A DNA stretch of 64,000 nt, taken from contig JAHFOO010000001.1 in the NCBI GenBank assembly GCA_023261645.1, forward strand, positions 3,871 through 67,870. Direction: 5' to 3'. Position numbers and translations under genes: made by a program. This DNA comes from Candidatus Moraniibacteriota bacterium (GTDB lineage Bacteria > Patescibacteriota > Minisyncoccia > Moranbacterales > UBA1568). This document shows positions 1-10,342 of the stretch, in pieces. Each line of letters starts with the position of its first letter. Within the stretch, counting starts at the first letter, position 1. The notes under the pieces are model-generated. The model had not been told where the DNA came from, did no database searches, and saw only the letters and a program-made list of their open reading frames with translations.

Positions 1-1185
1 AACGATATCGCCGATTTCTGCCAGAGCGAGTGCTTTATGGATCGCTTCGCGCCGATCAAAAATACGAAAATAATCTTTGTCTTTCTTCTTTGTTACACCT
101 TTCTCGATATCATCGATGATCTGCTGTGCATCCTCATGATACGGGTCTTCGTTCGTAAGGATGATAATGTCAGCATAGCTGGAAGCGATTTCTCCCATCT
201 TCGGACGTTTGCCTCGATCGCGTTCCCCACAAGCGCCGAAAACATGAATGATTTTCGTACCAGGAATCTTGAGTGGGAGAATCGATGCGTACAACTTTTC
301 AAAAGCGTCCGGTGTCACGGCATAATCGATGATAATATCGGCTTTCTTCTCGTTCGGTACGAGTTCCATCCTCCCTGGTACACCGGCAATACTTTCCAGA
401 GCCTCTCTTGCAAGAGAGAAATCGATATCAAGCAACTGCGCCACACCGAGAGCCGCCAAAGCATTTTCGATATTGAATAATCCAGGAAGGTGCAGGTGAA
501 AATGCTCTTCATCAACCGTGAAATCGGTTCCTTTGAAATCAAGTTCGATGTGTTCTGCGAACAAATGCGCATTCGGATCTTTCGTACTATAAAAAAGTGT
601 CTGCTTTTCTTCACGAACACGGAAATAATCAGGGTTTTCCATATCCAGGTTGATGACCGCCCGCTTGGCCGAACGAAATAAGCGACTCTTGGCAAATCGG
701 TATGCCGACATCGTTTTATGATAATCCAGATGTTCGCGTGTGACATTGGTCATCACTGCGATGGCATACGATATCCCCCACACCCGATGTTGATCGAGAG
801 CGTGCGAGGATGTTTCGATGACAGCGTACTCACAGCCGGTACGGACCGCTTCTCGCAAAAACTTCTGCAATTCCCATGCCGAAAGCGTAGTCAATTTCGA
901 GGCATTCACCCATTTTTTTTCTCCTATCTGAAAATTTATCGTTGAGGCTATGGCCACTTTCTTCCCGGCTCGTTCCAAGATGCGGGCGATAAGCTGTGTC
1001 GTCGTTGTCTTGCCATTGGTTCCGGTCACACCGATTACTTGCATTTTCTTTCTGGTCTTGTCTATCGGATGATGCTGAAAGTCGTAAGCAGGAAAACCAA
1101 AACACATACAGGCGATAACGGCTTGCATCAGATGATACTGATTCTTCAGACTTTGTGGAATGATTTTTGAGAGGAAATGTTTCAT
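1..1185 (-). CDS. murE: UDP-N-acetylmuramoyl-tripeptide synthetase (MurE), running off the window edge
   Basis: Not in the ORF track because it is open at the edge. Manual translation from ATG 1185 gives MKHFLSKIIPQ...VIGVTGTNGKTTT (Mur P-loop), ETSSHALDQHRV and TNVTREHLDYH. Start overlaps the upstream stop (ATGA). Confidence 0.9.
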   Translation of the reverse strand, partial: MKHFLSKIIPQSLKNQYHLMQAVIACMCFGFPAYDFQHHPIDKTRKKMQVIGVTGTNGKTTTTQLIARILERAGKKVAIASTINFQIGEKKWVNASKLTTLSAWELQKFLREAVRTGCEYAVIETSSHALDQHRVWGISYAIAVMTNVTREHLDYHKTMSAYRFAKSRLFRSAKRAVINLDMENPDYFRVREEKQTLFYSTKDPNAHLFAEHIELDFKGTDFTVDEEHFHLHLPGLFNIENALAALGVAQLLDIDFSLAREALESIAGVPGRMELVPNEKKADIIIDYAVTPDAFEKLYASILPLKIPGTKIIHVFGACGERDRGKRPKMGEIASSYADIIILTNEDPYHEDAQQIIDDIEKGVTKKKDKDYFRIFDRREAIHKALALAEIGDIV

Positions 1186-2195
1186 CGAAATATATTGAGA
1201 GAACTGATGATATTTTTTGAATGACGAAGAAAATTATAAAAGAAATATGCTCCGGAATCAAGAACGATATCATACGTGCCTGGATATATCGTCGATTGTG
1301 TCTGTGGCGAAAATCCTGCTTTGAATCTCGTAATTCCGTTCCAATCATTCTTGTTCATCGCTGATTGTCGATCGTTTGCTGTTTTCACTCCGCCAAAATC
1401 GTAAAAGTGATAGCTTCGTGCTTTCGCCACCTTGATCTGCTCCCATTGCAAAAGATACGGTGCCATGACATCACGGTGCTCATCAGCAGTACCACCATGC
1501 AAATAGGTGACGATGTCGCCGTAAAAAATAACGATGTTGGCAGCAATGGTCACTCCCTTGTATTCAGCCACAAACAAACGACACATTTCTTCTGGTAGCG
1601 TTGTGAAAAACTTTTTATAATACTCTCTCGAATGTGAAACAATCCCCTTGCGTCCGGATGTCGCCGTGATGAGATCAAGAAACGCTGCGATATATTTTTC
1701 TTCCCGCGTTTCAAAGACGTTCACACCACGTTTCTCAGCCAGGCGGATATTGTAACGGGTCTTCGACTTCATCTGAGCCAAAAGTATATTCTCATCTTTC
1801 ATGATATCCATCACAAGCGTTTCTTTTGGTTGCATAGTATGAGGGGATTGTACCACTTTTCCACCACATACTTCTTCGATTTCTCGAAGAATCTCTTTGT
1901 TCTTCGGTTCGATCCGTATCCATTTTGCATTCTTCTCTTTTGCTAAAGCAACGAGTTTTTGCAAGTTCTCCTTTTGTCGTTCATTGTCTACCGATTGTTG
2001 ATTATTGATGACTATCGGTCCTCGCGGTATATACAGATACTTTCCTACCAATGGAAGCTGGTGGATAATTCCATTCGCCGAGAAATCATCGGATGAAAAT
2101 CGTATGGTCTCTCTCCCTACTGATGTCTGAAAAGCAAGCCAGTTTTCAGATTGGAGAAACTCCTGTGTGTGATTCATTTCTTTCATTCTTCTCAT
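1182..2195 (-). CDS. FemABX-family peptidoglycan bridge peptidyltransferase (lipid II:amino acid ligase)
   Basis: FLQSENW, YIPRGP, KSKTRYNIRLAEKRGV, YDFGG, GITRFKAGF motifs. Start uncertain (ATG at 2177, 2186 or 2195). Confidence 0.85.
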   Translation of the reverse strand: MRRMKEMNHTQEFLQSENWLAFQTSVGRETIRFSSDDFSANGIIHQLPLVGKYLYIPRGPIVINNQQSVDNERQKENLQKLVALAKEKNAKWIRIEPKNKEILREIEEVCGGKVVQSPHTMQPKETLVMDIMKDENILLAQMKSKTRYNIRLAEKRGVNVFETREEKYIAAFLDLITATSGRKGIVSHSREYYKKFFTTLPEEMCRLFVAEYKGVTIAANIVIFYGDIVTYLHGGTADEHRDVMAPYLLQWEQIKVAKARSYHFYDFGGVKTANDRQSAMNKNDWNGITRFKAGFSPQTQSTIYPGTYDIVLDSGAYFFYNFLRHSKNIISSLNIFR

Positions 2196-2217
2196 TTTCT
2201 GCCTGCCGGCAGACAAG

Positions 2218-2787
2218 TTACTTGCCCAGATTCTTCAGCGCCTGACGGATACGCTTACTGACATCCGTAATATCCGCCGGCACGAGCTTGAGTGCTTCGC
2301 GTGCTTCCGTGACAGAATAACCGAGCGACGTGAGAGCGAGAATAGTGTCCTGTCCTGAAAGAGCTGTGGCTTGATCTTCAATATTTACAGCATCCACTTT
2401 ATTTTGCAATTCCACGATGACTCGCTCGGCAGTCTTCTTGCCCACGCCCGACACACGAGTGAGAATGCTCGGATCTTTGTTCACGATAGCCGTACAGATT
2501 GTCTTCACATCAGCGATGGAAAGAATAGAAAGTGCCACTTTCGGTCCGACACCGGAAATAGAAATGAGAAGTTCGAACATCGTCAGTTCTTCTTCATTCA
2601 AAAATCCATAGAGTGCCAACATATCTTCCCTCACGTGGGTATGAATATGGAAAAGGACCTGTTCCTGACCGGCTACTTTTCCCAAAGTATAAGCAGAAAC
2701 AGCCACTCTGTAACCGACACCGCCAACCATAAGAATGACAGCGTTTCCTTTTATTCCGGCAATTTTCCCTTCGAGTTGAGCAATCAT
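2218..2787 (-). CDS. ruvA: Holliday junction branch migration protein RuvA
   Basis: MIAQLEG, GGVGY, LYGF, SGVGPKVAL, GVGKKTAERVIVEL, ALTSLGY. Confidence 0.95.
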   Translation of the reverse strand: MIAQLEGKIAGIKGNAVILMVGGVGYRVAVSAYTLGKVAGQEQVLFHIHTHVREDMLALYGFLNEEELTMFELLISISGVGPKVALSILSIADVKTICTAIVNKDPSILTRVSGVGKKTAERVIVELQNKVDAVNIEDQATALSGQDTILALTSLGYSVTEAREALKLVPADITDVSKRIRQALKNLGK

Positions 2788-3015
2788 ACAGATAGATTTT
2801 TCCGCCAGTTTGCGGATTCGTTGGTTGATAGCTTTTTAGCTTCAGAAGAGAGATTCTTACCAAAAAAGCCTTTCCATTGTAACATAACCACTCTCGCTCT
2901 CAAACAAGGAGACCCTTGCCAAAACACCACAGACATGCTAAAAAGAATAAGTCTCAGTATCCCCTTTTGTTTTCATCTCTAATCAGACACTAACAGCTAA
3001 TCTCGTTCAAGTATT

Positions 3016-3288
3016 ATGCCAATCAAGAAAGCCGCCAAGAAGTATATGCGCGTTACCGCCAAAAAAACGGTTCGCAACAAAATAGTCAATGGTGTTGTAA
3101 AAAGCGCCATCAAAAAGACTCATGAGGCTGTCACTGCCGGTAAAATCGATGAGGCACAAAAAACCCTCAAAGAAGCCATCAAAGCACTCGATAAAGCAGC
3201 TCAGAAAAAAATCATCAAGAAAAACACCGCTGCCCGAAAAAAATCCCGTCTCAACTCACTCGTGAAAGCGGCCGCCATCAAGAAATAA
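3016..3288 (+). CDS. rpsT: 30S ribosomal protein S20
   Basis: Basic 90 aa protein; LDKAAQKKIIKKNTAARKKSRL. Confidence 0.95.
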   Translation: MPIKKAAKKYMRVTAKKTVRNKIVNGVVKSAIKKTHEAVTAGKIDEAQKTLKEAIKALDKAAQKKIIKKNTAARKKSRLNSLVKAAAIKK

Positions 3289-3304
3289 CTCTCTTCAACG
3301 AAAC

Positions 3305-3331
3305 AAAACTCCTCATTCTGAGGAGTTTTTT
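3305..3331. terminator. Intrinsic terminator after rpsT (possibly bidirectional)
   Basis: AAAACTCCTC-attct-GAGGAGTTTT followed by a T run. Confidence 0.7.
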
Positions 3332-3461
3332 GTTATTACCGAACCCTGTCTGTCGACAGGCAGGGAAGTGAGTGAAGCGAAAGTTTACTTTCGTTTCCGA
3401 GCGAGTGCCGGTAAAATCGGGGAATACCCGTTATTTGTTTTCTGCCGGTTATTAATTGTCA

Positions 3462-4427
3462 TCAAAACTTCCAAATGAAAAGATCAAGTGCCACAGAAGG
3501 ATTTATACCGCCACGTTTCAGCTCCATATCAAATAAAGAAAGCATCATCAGCCCTCGCTTGATACGATTGATGGAAAAATTATGTATGATTCCGAGCATT
3601 TTTTGAACCACGAATGGTGGCAACTTCGTTCGTAAAGCGATGTCAGAAGCGCGGAGTATCCCTTTATCGAATGATTCCCTCACCAAAAGAAGCCGTCTCG
3701 CCTGCCATGCGCACATCGAAAGAAGAGGGTAGACTCCATCTGCACCTCCCGCTTCACGATGGAAGAGTACCAATGACCTTTTCTTGTCTCCACGTCCCAG
3801 GGCATCAAGTGCTTCAAAGATAGCATTCTCCGAAATGCTTCCAACAAGAAGATGGATGTCTTCCTCCTCAAAAACACCTCCAGGTTTGAATGTCGCGAGT
3901 TTCTCCAGTTCCCTTCGGATACGCGCCGTGTCCAAACCGATAGATACGCCAAATATCTGAAGCGCTTCACGAGAGAAACGAGCCTCAGTATCGATTGTTG
4001 CCAGTTCACGTTTGATATAGGCATTTTTATTTTTCTCTTCCAATTTCTCAAAGATTTCCTCCTTGTCGACACATCGTGCGAGCACTTTCGCAAGAGGATG
4101 TGTCTTTTTTATTTTCCCCGGATGAACGAAAAGAAGTGTCACTTCGGTCTCATTTTTTTCTGTAAAGTCTTTGAGAAAATCAAGCAGAAGTTTTTCTGAT
4201 ACTTCTCCAAGTTCAAATGGATGAAGAAAAACAACCATCTTCTTCGAAGTGAAGAGACTTTCTCCACACGTCGACAGACTGCGACGCACATCATCGGGGG
4301 TTCCTTGATCTTCAAAATCGAAAACAAAAATCTCCGCCTCCGGATATTTTCGTGTGAAGGCTTTTTGCAGGATACTTCGTCGTTCATTGACAAGAAAACC
4401 ATCTCCACCGTGTAGAAATAAAATCAT
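3462..4427 (-). CDS. holA: DNA polymerase III delta subunit
   Basis: MILFLHGGDGFL, SLF, ELEKLATF, AIFEALDAL; typical length; convergent on rpsT as in many genomes. Confidence 0.85.
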   Translation of the reverse strand: MILFLHGGDGFLVNERRSILQKAFTRKYPEAEIFVFDFEDQGTPDDVRRSLSTCGESLFTSKKMVVFLHPFELGEVSEKLLLDFLKDFTEKNETEVTLLFVHPGKIKKTHPLAKVLARCVDKEEIFEKLEEKNKNAYIKRELATIDTEARFSREALQIFGVSIGLDTARIRRELEKLATFKPGGVFEEEDIHLLVGSISENAIFEALDALGRGDKKRSLVLFHREAGGADGVYPLLSMCAWQARRLLLVRESFDKGILRASDIALRTKLPPFVVQKMLGIIHNFSINRIKRGLMMLSLFDMELKRGGINPSVALDLFIWKF

Positions 4428-4560
4428 AAAACAAATACCATCTAACAGTTAACTGAAAACGAGTAATGACTCTATTATACACGCTAAACAAAAAGCAGGC
4501 ACTCGCCCGCTTTTTGTTTGACTGCCCGCCTGTCCGGTAGGCAGGTTTTTTGTTGACTGC

Positions 4561-5694
4561 TTACTGAACTGGTTCCCACTTCAGCGCTTGTCCTGGCTCG
4601 AGAACTTCCACCCACATCTGCCCTGGAACGAAAGCCACCTCATTGCCTGATTCATCGAAAAATGTAAGCTTGCTCGCGATATCGGATTTATCTTTTTTCC
4701 ATGTACCACGATATTGCTGTCCGTTCATATAATAGAAAGCATCTCCACTATCCGTTTGGTCATACCAAGGATCACCGAGTTGTACATTGTTGTACTGCCC
4801 TTCGATCTGGGTGGACTGTGCCATGAGAACGATCACATTTTTCGGAGCATTGCGTTTTTTGTTGTTCCGATCGATATCAGGAACATTCCCCCATGTACGA
4901 AGATAACTGTTGGTTTCACGATCATAATCATACTCTACAGCGAACGGTCCAGCAAAAGCTACTCGCAGGTGTCCGCCCTGAGGCCGACTCTCCAGAGGTG
5001 CCTCTGCGATGTGTTTGTATCCGGAGAATTTGTTTTCCAAACTATACCCGAACTCCTTCGCACAAGCGAGCAAATCTGCAGGATGGCTATATCCGCTATC
5101 CACTCCACGTGCCATACCCTCTTTTCGGAAACAAGGATTGTTTGTACAGGCATTGGCCGATTTCCCGGCGTCTCCATTGCAGTTGATGTTCTCTATTTCT
5201 CCGCGATCGAGAATGCCTTTGGCAAGCCCGACCGAATCACTGTCGGAATGTGATTCCGATCGTCCCCACGAAACGAAGATAGCATCCAGACCCTTAGCCA
5301 GATCGATGAAATCATGCCGGGCACTCCGCATCGATCCTACCTCGGCAGGCGTTCCACAGATATACACAGCCATCAATCGAGTCACGCTCGCGGTAATGAC
5401 CGGCATTTCTATGACCATATCCGCTTCAGAAAAACCGGCGGCTGGTCGGGCTGCCACATCTCCTGGTTGCATTATTGCCAAGGGGCGACGATTCCAATTC
5501 TCGCACGGCAAACCGGAAATCGGGCTGACATTTCCCTCATTGAGCGGACCGGTCGAGACTGTTGGCAAGGACTGATTCTTGTTGTTCAGTTCAATCGGCT
5601 TACGCATCCCCCTGTTTCCGAAGAAGAAATAGCTTATGATTCCAACTAGCACGATAGCAATCGCGAGAATGATTATTTTTTGACGCTTTTCCAT
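4561..5694 (-). CDS. Membrane-anchored DUF3048 (YerB-like) protein
   Basis: N-terminal TM; SPISG, RPLAIM, G-SEADMVIE, TRLMA, GSMRSAR, PGQMWVEV. Confidence 0.75.
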   Translation of the reverse strand: MEKRQKIIILAIAIVLVGIISYFFFGNRGMRKPIELNNKNQSLPTVSTGPLNEGNVSPISGLPCENWNRRPLAIMQPGDVAARPAAGFSEADMVIEMPVITASVTRLMAVYICGTPAEVGSMRSARHDFIDLAKGLDAIFVSWGRSESHSDSDSVGLAKGILDRGEIENINCNGDAGKSANACTNNPCFRKEGMARGVDSGYSHPADLLACAKEFGYSLENKFSGYKHIAEAPLESRPQGGHLRVAFAGPFAVEYDYDRETNSYLRTWGNVPDIDRNNKKRNAPKNVIVLMAQSTQIEGQYNNVQLGDPWYDQTDSGDAFYYMNGQQYRGTWKKDKSDIASKLTFFDESGNEVAFVPGQMWVEVLEPGQALKWEPVQ

Positions 5695-5748
5695 AGATAC
5701 AAATTATGTATATTAAAAAATTTCACAAAAAAATTCGAAACGATAGTA

Positions 5749-6600
5749 TCATTTTTGACAATACGGACAGTAAAAAACACTCCGCTGTCCGATTTTCTTT
5801 CGTACTATCATTGTACCACATTTTTTACAAGGTTTGTCGCTCCGACCATATACATACAACGTCTGCTGGAAACGTCCTTCCAGTCCGTCCGTATCACGAA
5901 AATCCCCATCGCTCATCCCGCGGAGTTTCAGTGCCTGACGCAATACTTTCTTTATCGCCGGTACCAAGAGAGGCCATTCATCTTTCGTCAGTGTTTCGAG
6001 AGGGCGTGTCGGGAGCATTCTTGCGAGGAACAAGGCTTCGCTCCGGTAGATATTGCCGATTCCGGCAATGATATTCTGATCGAGAAGAATCACACCGATC
6101 ATTTGTTTCTTTTTTCCTGAAAGCGCTTTCCTCAGATACTTCTCGGTGAATTTCGTTGACAAGGCATCGATGCCGAGCGAGATGATGCTTGCAAGCGTTT
6201 CAACTTCATCTGTTTTCACCGTGCGAAGCCAACCGAATTTCCGCATATCGGAAAACTCGAGCGTTGTGCCATCAGTAAAAGTAATGATGTGATGAATATA
6301 ACCATTCACAGGGTCCTCGGTAAACGCTTGTGCTGTGCGGTTGGTTTTATTCTTTACCAGAAAATGTCCCGTCATCTTCAGATGCGCGACAATAGAATAG
6401 TCATTATCGAGGTCGATGATGATATGCTTGCCATAGCGTCGCGTCCCCGTGATACGCGCTCCTCTGATCTGCTTCGCAAACACCGCGAAAGAAGGGAAGA
6501 TTCTTTTCTTCCAATCGCTCCATACGGCTTGTATCTGCTCTCCAACAATCTTTTGTTCAAGCTGAGAAACAACCGTTTGGACTTCAGGTAATTCTGGCAT
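5749..6600 (-). CDS. mutM: Formamidopyrimidine-DNA glycosylase Fpg/MutM
   Basis: MPELPEV start at 6600, HLKMTG, DMRKFG, GIGNIYRSE, C-terminal CKKC...CPYCQ zinc finger. Confidence 0.95.
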   Translation of the reverse strand: MPELPEVQTVVSQLEQKIVGEQIQAVWSDWKKRIFPSFAVFAKQIRGARITGTRRYGKHIIIDLDNDYSIVAHLKMTGHFLVKNKTNRTAQAFTEDPVNGYIHHIITFTDGTTLEFSDMRKFGWLRTVKTDEVETLASIISLGIDALSTKFTEKYLRKALSGKKKQMIGVILLDQNIIAGIGNIYRSEALFLARMLPTRPLETLTKDEWPLLVPAIKKVLRQALKLRGMSDGDFRDTDGLEGRFQQTLYVYGRSDKPCKKCGTMIVRKKIGQRSVFYCPYCQK

Positions 6601-6626
6601 AAAAAGGTGGGTTAGTGGGTGAGGTA

Positions 6627-6655
6627 TTGACAAGATAATAAAAAAGTGCTATAGT
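6627..6655 (+). promoter_or_regulatory. Sigma70-type promoter for the DksA/TraR-like gene
   Basis: TTGACA-17 bp-TATAGT with extended TG; AAGGAG upstream of the ATG. Confidence 0.65.
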
Positions 6656-6681
6656 TCGATTCCTCAAACAACAAGGAGTAT

Positions 6682-6954
6682 ATGATGTTCAGTCAAGAAT
6701 TCCTTGATAGAATGATGAGTGATCTCATCTTCCGGAGAACCTCAAAAGAGAAAATCTTGGATGAGAGAGGACAACAGTCCTTGTCTCACTCCTACAAAGA
6801 TTTACAACGTATTGACTTCGCTCTCCGAAGAATGGAGCAAGGGCAGTACGGACTCTGCACCAATTGCGGTTGCAACATCGAAATAGAACGGTTGGAAATC
6901 ATTCCAGAAACTCCTTTCTGTTCACGATGTGCAGAGGAAATAGAGTCTCATTAG
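6682..6954 (+). CDS. DksA/TraR-family C4 zinc-finger protein (short)
   Basis: IDFALRRMEQGQYGLCTNCG...ERLEIIPETPFCSRC. Confidence 0.8.
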   Translation: MMFSQEFLDRMMSDLIFRRTSKEKILDERGQQSLSHSYKDLQRIDFALRRMEQGQYGLCTNCGCNIEIERLEIIPETPFCSRCAEEIESH

Positions 6955-7003
6955 CCAAATGCAAACGCGTTTGGCTTTTTTTATTTTTTATGTACAAGAA
7001 TTT

Positions 7004-7657
7004 TTAGTGTACTTTCTTCGCTTCTTTGTTTTTTATATAATGCCGAACGATGAAGGATATTTTCTGATCATCGAGACGTTCTCGTTCTTGCTCGGTCAAC
7101 AGTTTTTCTGGGAAATATTGTACCGGAAATCGGAAGGAGATCATTTCTATATCTTCAAACGAAATTTTCCCTTTTCCTTTCAAAGAAACTTCTGCTGTTT
7201 CTTTTTTCGCATCCCATAGACTGGAATCTTTTTCCAGAGGTTGCAGTGAGGTGAGGTGGTCTCGTTTGAAAACGATGACGACTTTCACTATTGCTCCGAC
7301 TTCTTTCCCTGAAAATCCCTCTGCCATAGCAACGCGAAAGCCTTTCCTTGAGGCCATCTTGCACATGTTCGCTCTATCGCTATGGTTATCAATATCGATA
7401 TCCTGACCCGTTACCAGAGAGTCGATCACTTTCTGAAAGGACTCGCTTCGACACAAGAGGGATTGTTCCTGAAAAATATCTGAAACGGCATTCGCTTCAG
7501 CAAGATTGAGACCAGCGCTCTGCAAATCAGACTCGATGTCTTCAAAAACAGTACCAATCTCAGTCTTAGCCAGACTGAGATTCTTCAACATCCCACTCAG
7601 CCTCGCAGATTCTGTTTCCTTGTGAAAAGAAAAATCATTTCCTTCGAATGTATTCAT
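7004..7657 (-). CDS. Hypothetical protein
   Basis: 217 aa ORF co-oriented downstream of polA; no recognised motif. Confidence 0.6.
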   Translation of the reverse strand: MNTFEGNDFSFHKETESARLSGMLKNLSLAKTEIGTVFEDIESDLQSAGLNLAEANAVSDIFQEQSLLCRSESFQKVIDSLVTGQDIDIDNHSDRANMCKMASRKGFRVAMAEGFSGKEVGAIVKVVIVFKRDHLTSLQPLEKDSSLWDAKKETAEVSLKGKGKISFEDIEMISFRFPVQYFPEKLLTEQERERLDDQKISFIVRHYIKNKEAKKVH

Positions 7658-7691
7658 AACGCTGTCACTAATATATCAAGTTTTCTCTCTT

Positions 7692-10304
7692 TCATATTTC
7701 TCCCCAGTTCTTCCCGATAGCGGTTTCAGCAATGAGTGGCACGTGAAGAGGGTAAGCCTCTTCCATCGTTTTTTTCACCGCTTGTGAAAATATTTCCGAT
7801 TGGTCTGCTCTCACTTCACAGATGAGTTCATCGTGTACTTGAAGCACCATCTTCACGCTCTCTTTGAAATCTCTTTCGATCAACTTTGCTACGGCAAGCA
7901 TTGAGAGCTTCATAATATCCGCTGCCAATCCTTGAATAGGCATATTGATAGCCATCCGTTCCGCGGAACGGGCCACCTGCACGTTACTGCTTGTTATTTC
8001 CGGAGTGTACCGACGCCGACCGAGTTCTGTTTCGACGAATCCTTTCTCACGGGCACCCTGTTTCATTTCTTCGATGAATTTTGTGACGCCGGCGAATTTT
8101 TTGAAGTACGCAACGATGAATTGCGCGGCGATGTTCTGATCGATTTTTGCGGCCTGTGCCAAACCATACGCCCCCATACCATACATAATACCAAAATTGA
8201 ACACTTTGGCCTGACGACGCATATCAGGTGTCACTGCTTCCGGTTTGACTTTGAAAACCACTGAGGCTGTTTTGGTATGGACATCCTCTTTATTCTTGAA
8301 TGACTTTGTCAGCGAGGCGTCTCCGCTCAGATGAGCCATAACGCGGAGCTCGATCTGAGAATAATCCGCTCCGACAAAAACGTATCCTGGTGTAGATTCA
8401 AACGATCCTCGCACCAGGACACTCCATTCTCCTCTCGCGGGAATATTCTGCAAATTCGGATCAGCCGAAGAGAGTCGTCCGGTAGAGGCTACTGCCTGAT
8501 AGTATGTGGTATGCAAACGTGAATGAGCGTCTACGAGAAGCGGGAGCGCATCGATATAGGTTGTCTTCAATTTGAACAACTCACGATAGCTTTCGATTTT
8601 CTGAATGATGGGGTATTCCTGTAATTTCTGTAATTCGAGGGAGGCAGTCGAAATACCTGTTTTTGTTTTTTTGATATTCGCCGTCGGTATCTGCAGATCT
8701 TGGAACAGAATTTCTGACAATTGTTTCGGAGAATTGATATTGAATTCACGACCAGAGAGTGTGTAGATATCTTTTTCCAATATGCCGAGTTCTTGTGCCA
8801 GTTTGACTGAAAGTGTCTGAAATTTCTCAGTATTCAAGATAACACCTTGCTCTTCCATATTGTACAGAATCGAAACAAGGGGCATCTCTATCTGTTCCAA
8901 TATAGTACGGAGTGTCTTTCCTTTCGTTTGTGTTTTGCTCACCTCATCGATTCGTGTCTCAAATATTTTTCGCAAAACAATGATCTTCTGTGCCGGCATC
9001 ACTATTTCTTCCTCACCGCATTCCTCGAGAATGATGTACGGAAAATCGACATTGCCACCGGAATTGAGGAGATAGGCTGCGAGCATCACATCAAATGTTA
9101 TTCCACGAAAAACGATTCCTTCTTTTTTGAAAAGATGAAGCAAACTTTTTCCATCATACACGATCTTTTTTCTCGCCTCGTCTTCCAAAAATTCTTTCAA
9201 AAACTTTTTTGTTTCTTCACTCCAAACGACGGTCGATTCCTCGTGGTCGTCTACTGCTATATGAATCATCTCTATCCCAACGCCAAAGAGTGTTCCTTCT
9301 CCCTGCTTTACATACACAGAAACCTCTTCTACTCCTCCTACAAATTTTTCTAGTTCTTCTTTTGTTGTTATCTTCTTTGTTTTTTGTTTACCGCTTTTTG
9401 TTTGTTGTTTATTGTTCTCTGTTAATTGTTGACTGTTATCTGAAATTCGCTTGATCAAGCTGAAAAAACTGAGTTCTTGGAAAAGATTCGTTACCATTTT
9501 TCGGTCGAAATCCTTCGTCACACAAGCTGGGAGATCGAGTGTCACTGGTGTCTCAAGGTGGATGGTTCCGAGCTCTTTGGAAAGAAAAGCTTGCTCTTTG
9601 TCCGTCTCCAATTTTTTCCGAACAGATTCTTTTATCTCGGAAAGGTGTTCGTAGATATTTTCGAGCGTGGAAAAAGACTGGAGCAAGGTCGTCGCTGTCT
9701 TGGCGCCGATACCCGTCACACCAGGAATGTTGTCCGATGCGTCACCGGCCAGTCCTTTGTAATCCGGAATCTGCGTCGCTCCAAATCCATATTTTTCTGT
9801 CACTGCTTTCTCATCATAGAGGACGATGTCTTTGATGCCCTTCCGGAGCATAAATACTTTCACCATCGGCGTCACGAGCTGAAGCTCGTCGCTATCGCCT
9901 GTCACGATGATCACCTGGACGTTTTCTTTTTCTGCCTGACGCGCCAGCGTGCCGATACAGTCATCGGCTTCAAAACCTGCCTGTTCGTAAATCGGGATAT
10001 TGAACGCAGCCGTCATTTCTTTCACTCGTGAAATCTGTGCATAGAGGTCATCAGGGGCCTTCACTCGTGTCGCTTTGTAGTCTGCAGATTTCTCGTGGCG
10101 GAACGTCGGACCGGCCAGATCGAAACTCGCCGCAATATATTCCGGTTTGAATTTATCCAGGACAGACAGAAGGGTCAATGTAAATCCGTACACCGCGTTC
10201 ACGAGCTCCCCCTTCTTGGTCGTGAGCGGAGGCAGAGCGTGATACGCCCGGTGGATGAGCGCATTCCCGTCAATCAGCACGATGGTTTTGAGTTTCTTTT
10301 CCAT
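7692..10304 (-). CDS. polA: DNA polymerase I
   Basis: 5'-3' exonuclease (LIDGNALIHRAYHALP, EADD), TGRLSSADPNLQNIP, ADYSQIELR, KVFNFGIMYG, LQVHDEL. Confidence 0.97.
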   Translation of the reverse strand: MEKKLKTIVLIDGNALIHRAYHALPPLTTKKGELVNAVYGFTLTLLSVLDKFKPEYIAASFDLAGPTFRHEKSADYKATRVKAPDDLYAQISRVKEMTAAFNIPIYEQAGFEADDCIGTLARQAEKENVQVIIVTGDSDELQLVTPMVKVFMLRKGIKDIVLYDEKAVTEKYGFGATQIPDYKGLAGDASDNIPGVTGIGAKTATTLLQSFSTLENIYEHLSEIKESVRKKLETDKEQAFLSKELGTIHLETPVTLDLPACVTKDFDRKMVTNLFQELSFFSLIKRISDNSQQLTENNKQQTKSGKQKTKKITTKEELEKFVGGVEEVSVYVKQGEGTLFGVGIEMIHIAVDDHEESTVVWSEETKKFLKEFLEDEARKKIVYDGKSLLHLFKKEGIVFRGITFDVMLAAYLLNSGGNVDFPYIILEECGEEEIVMPAQKIIVLRKIFETRIDEVSKTQTKGKTLRTILEQIEMPLVSILYNMEEQGVILNTEKFQTLSVKLAQELGILEKDIYTLSGREFNINSPKQLSEILFQDLQIPTANIKKTKTGISTASLELQKLQEYPIIQKIESYRELFKLKTTYIDALPLLVDAHSRLHTTYYQAVASTGRLSSADPNLQNIPARGEWSVLVRGSFESTPGYVFVGADYSQIELRVMAHLSGDASLTKSFKNKEDVHTKTASVVFKVKPEAVTPDMRRQAKVFNFGIMYGMGAYGLAQAAKIDQNIAAQFIVAYFKKFAGVTKFIEEMKQGAREKGFVETELGRRRYTPEITSSNVQVARSAERMAINMPIQGLAADIMKLSMLAVAKLIERDFKESVKMVLQVHDELICEVRADQSEIFSQAVKKTMEEAYPLHVPLIAETAIGKNWGEI

Positions 10305-10342
10305 ATGTAGAGTATACTTCTGTCCCTCAAGAAAGGCAAAAA

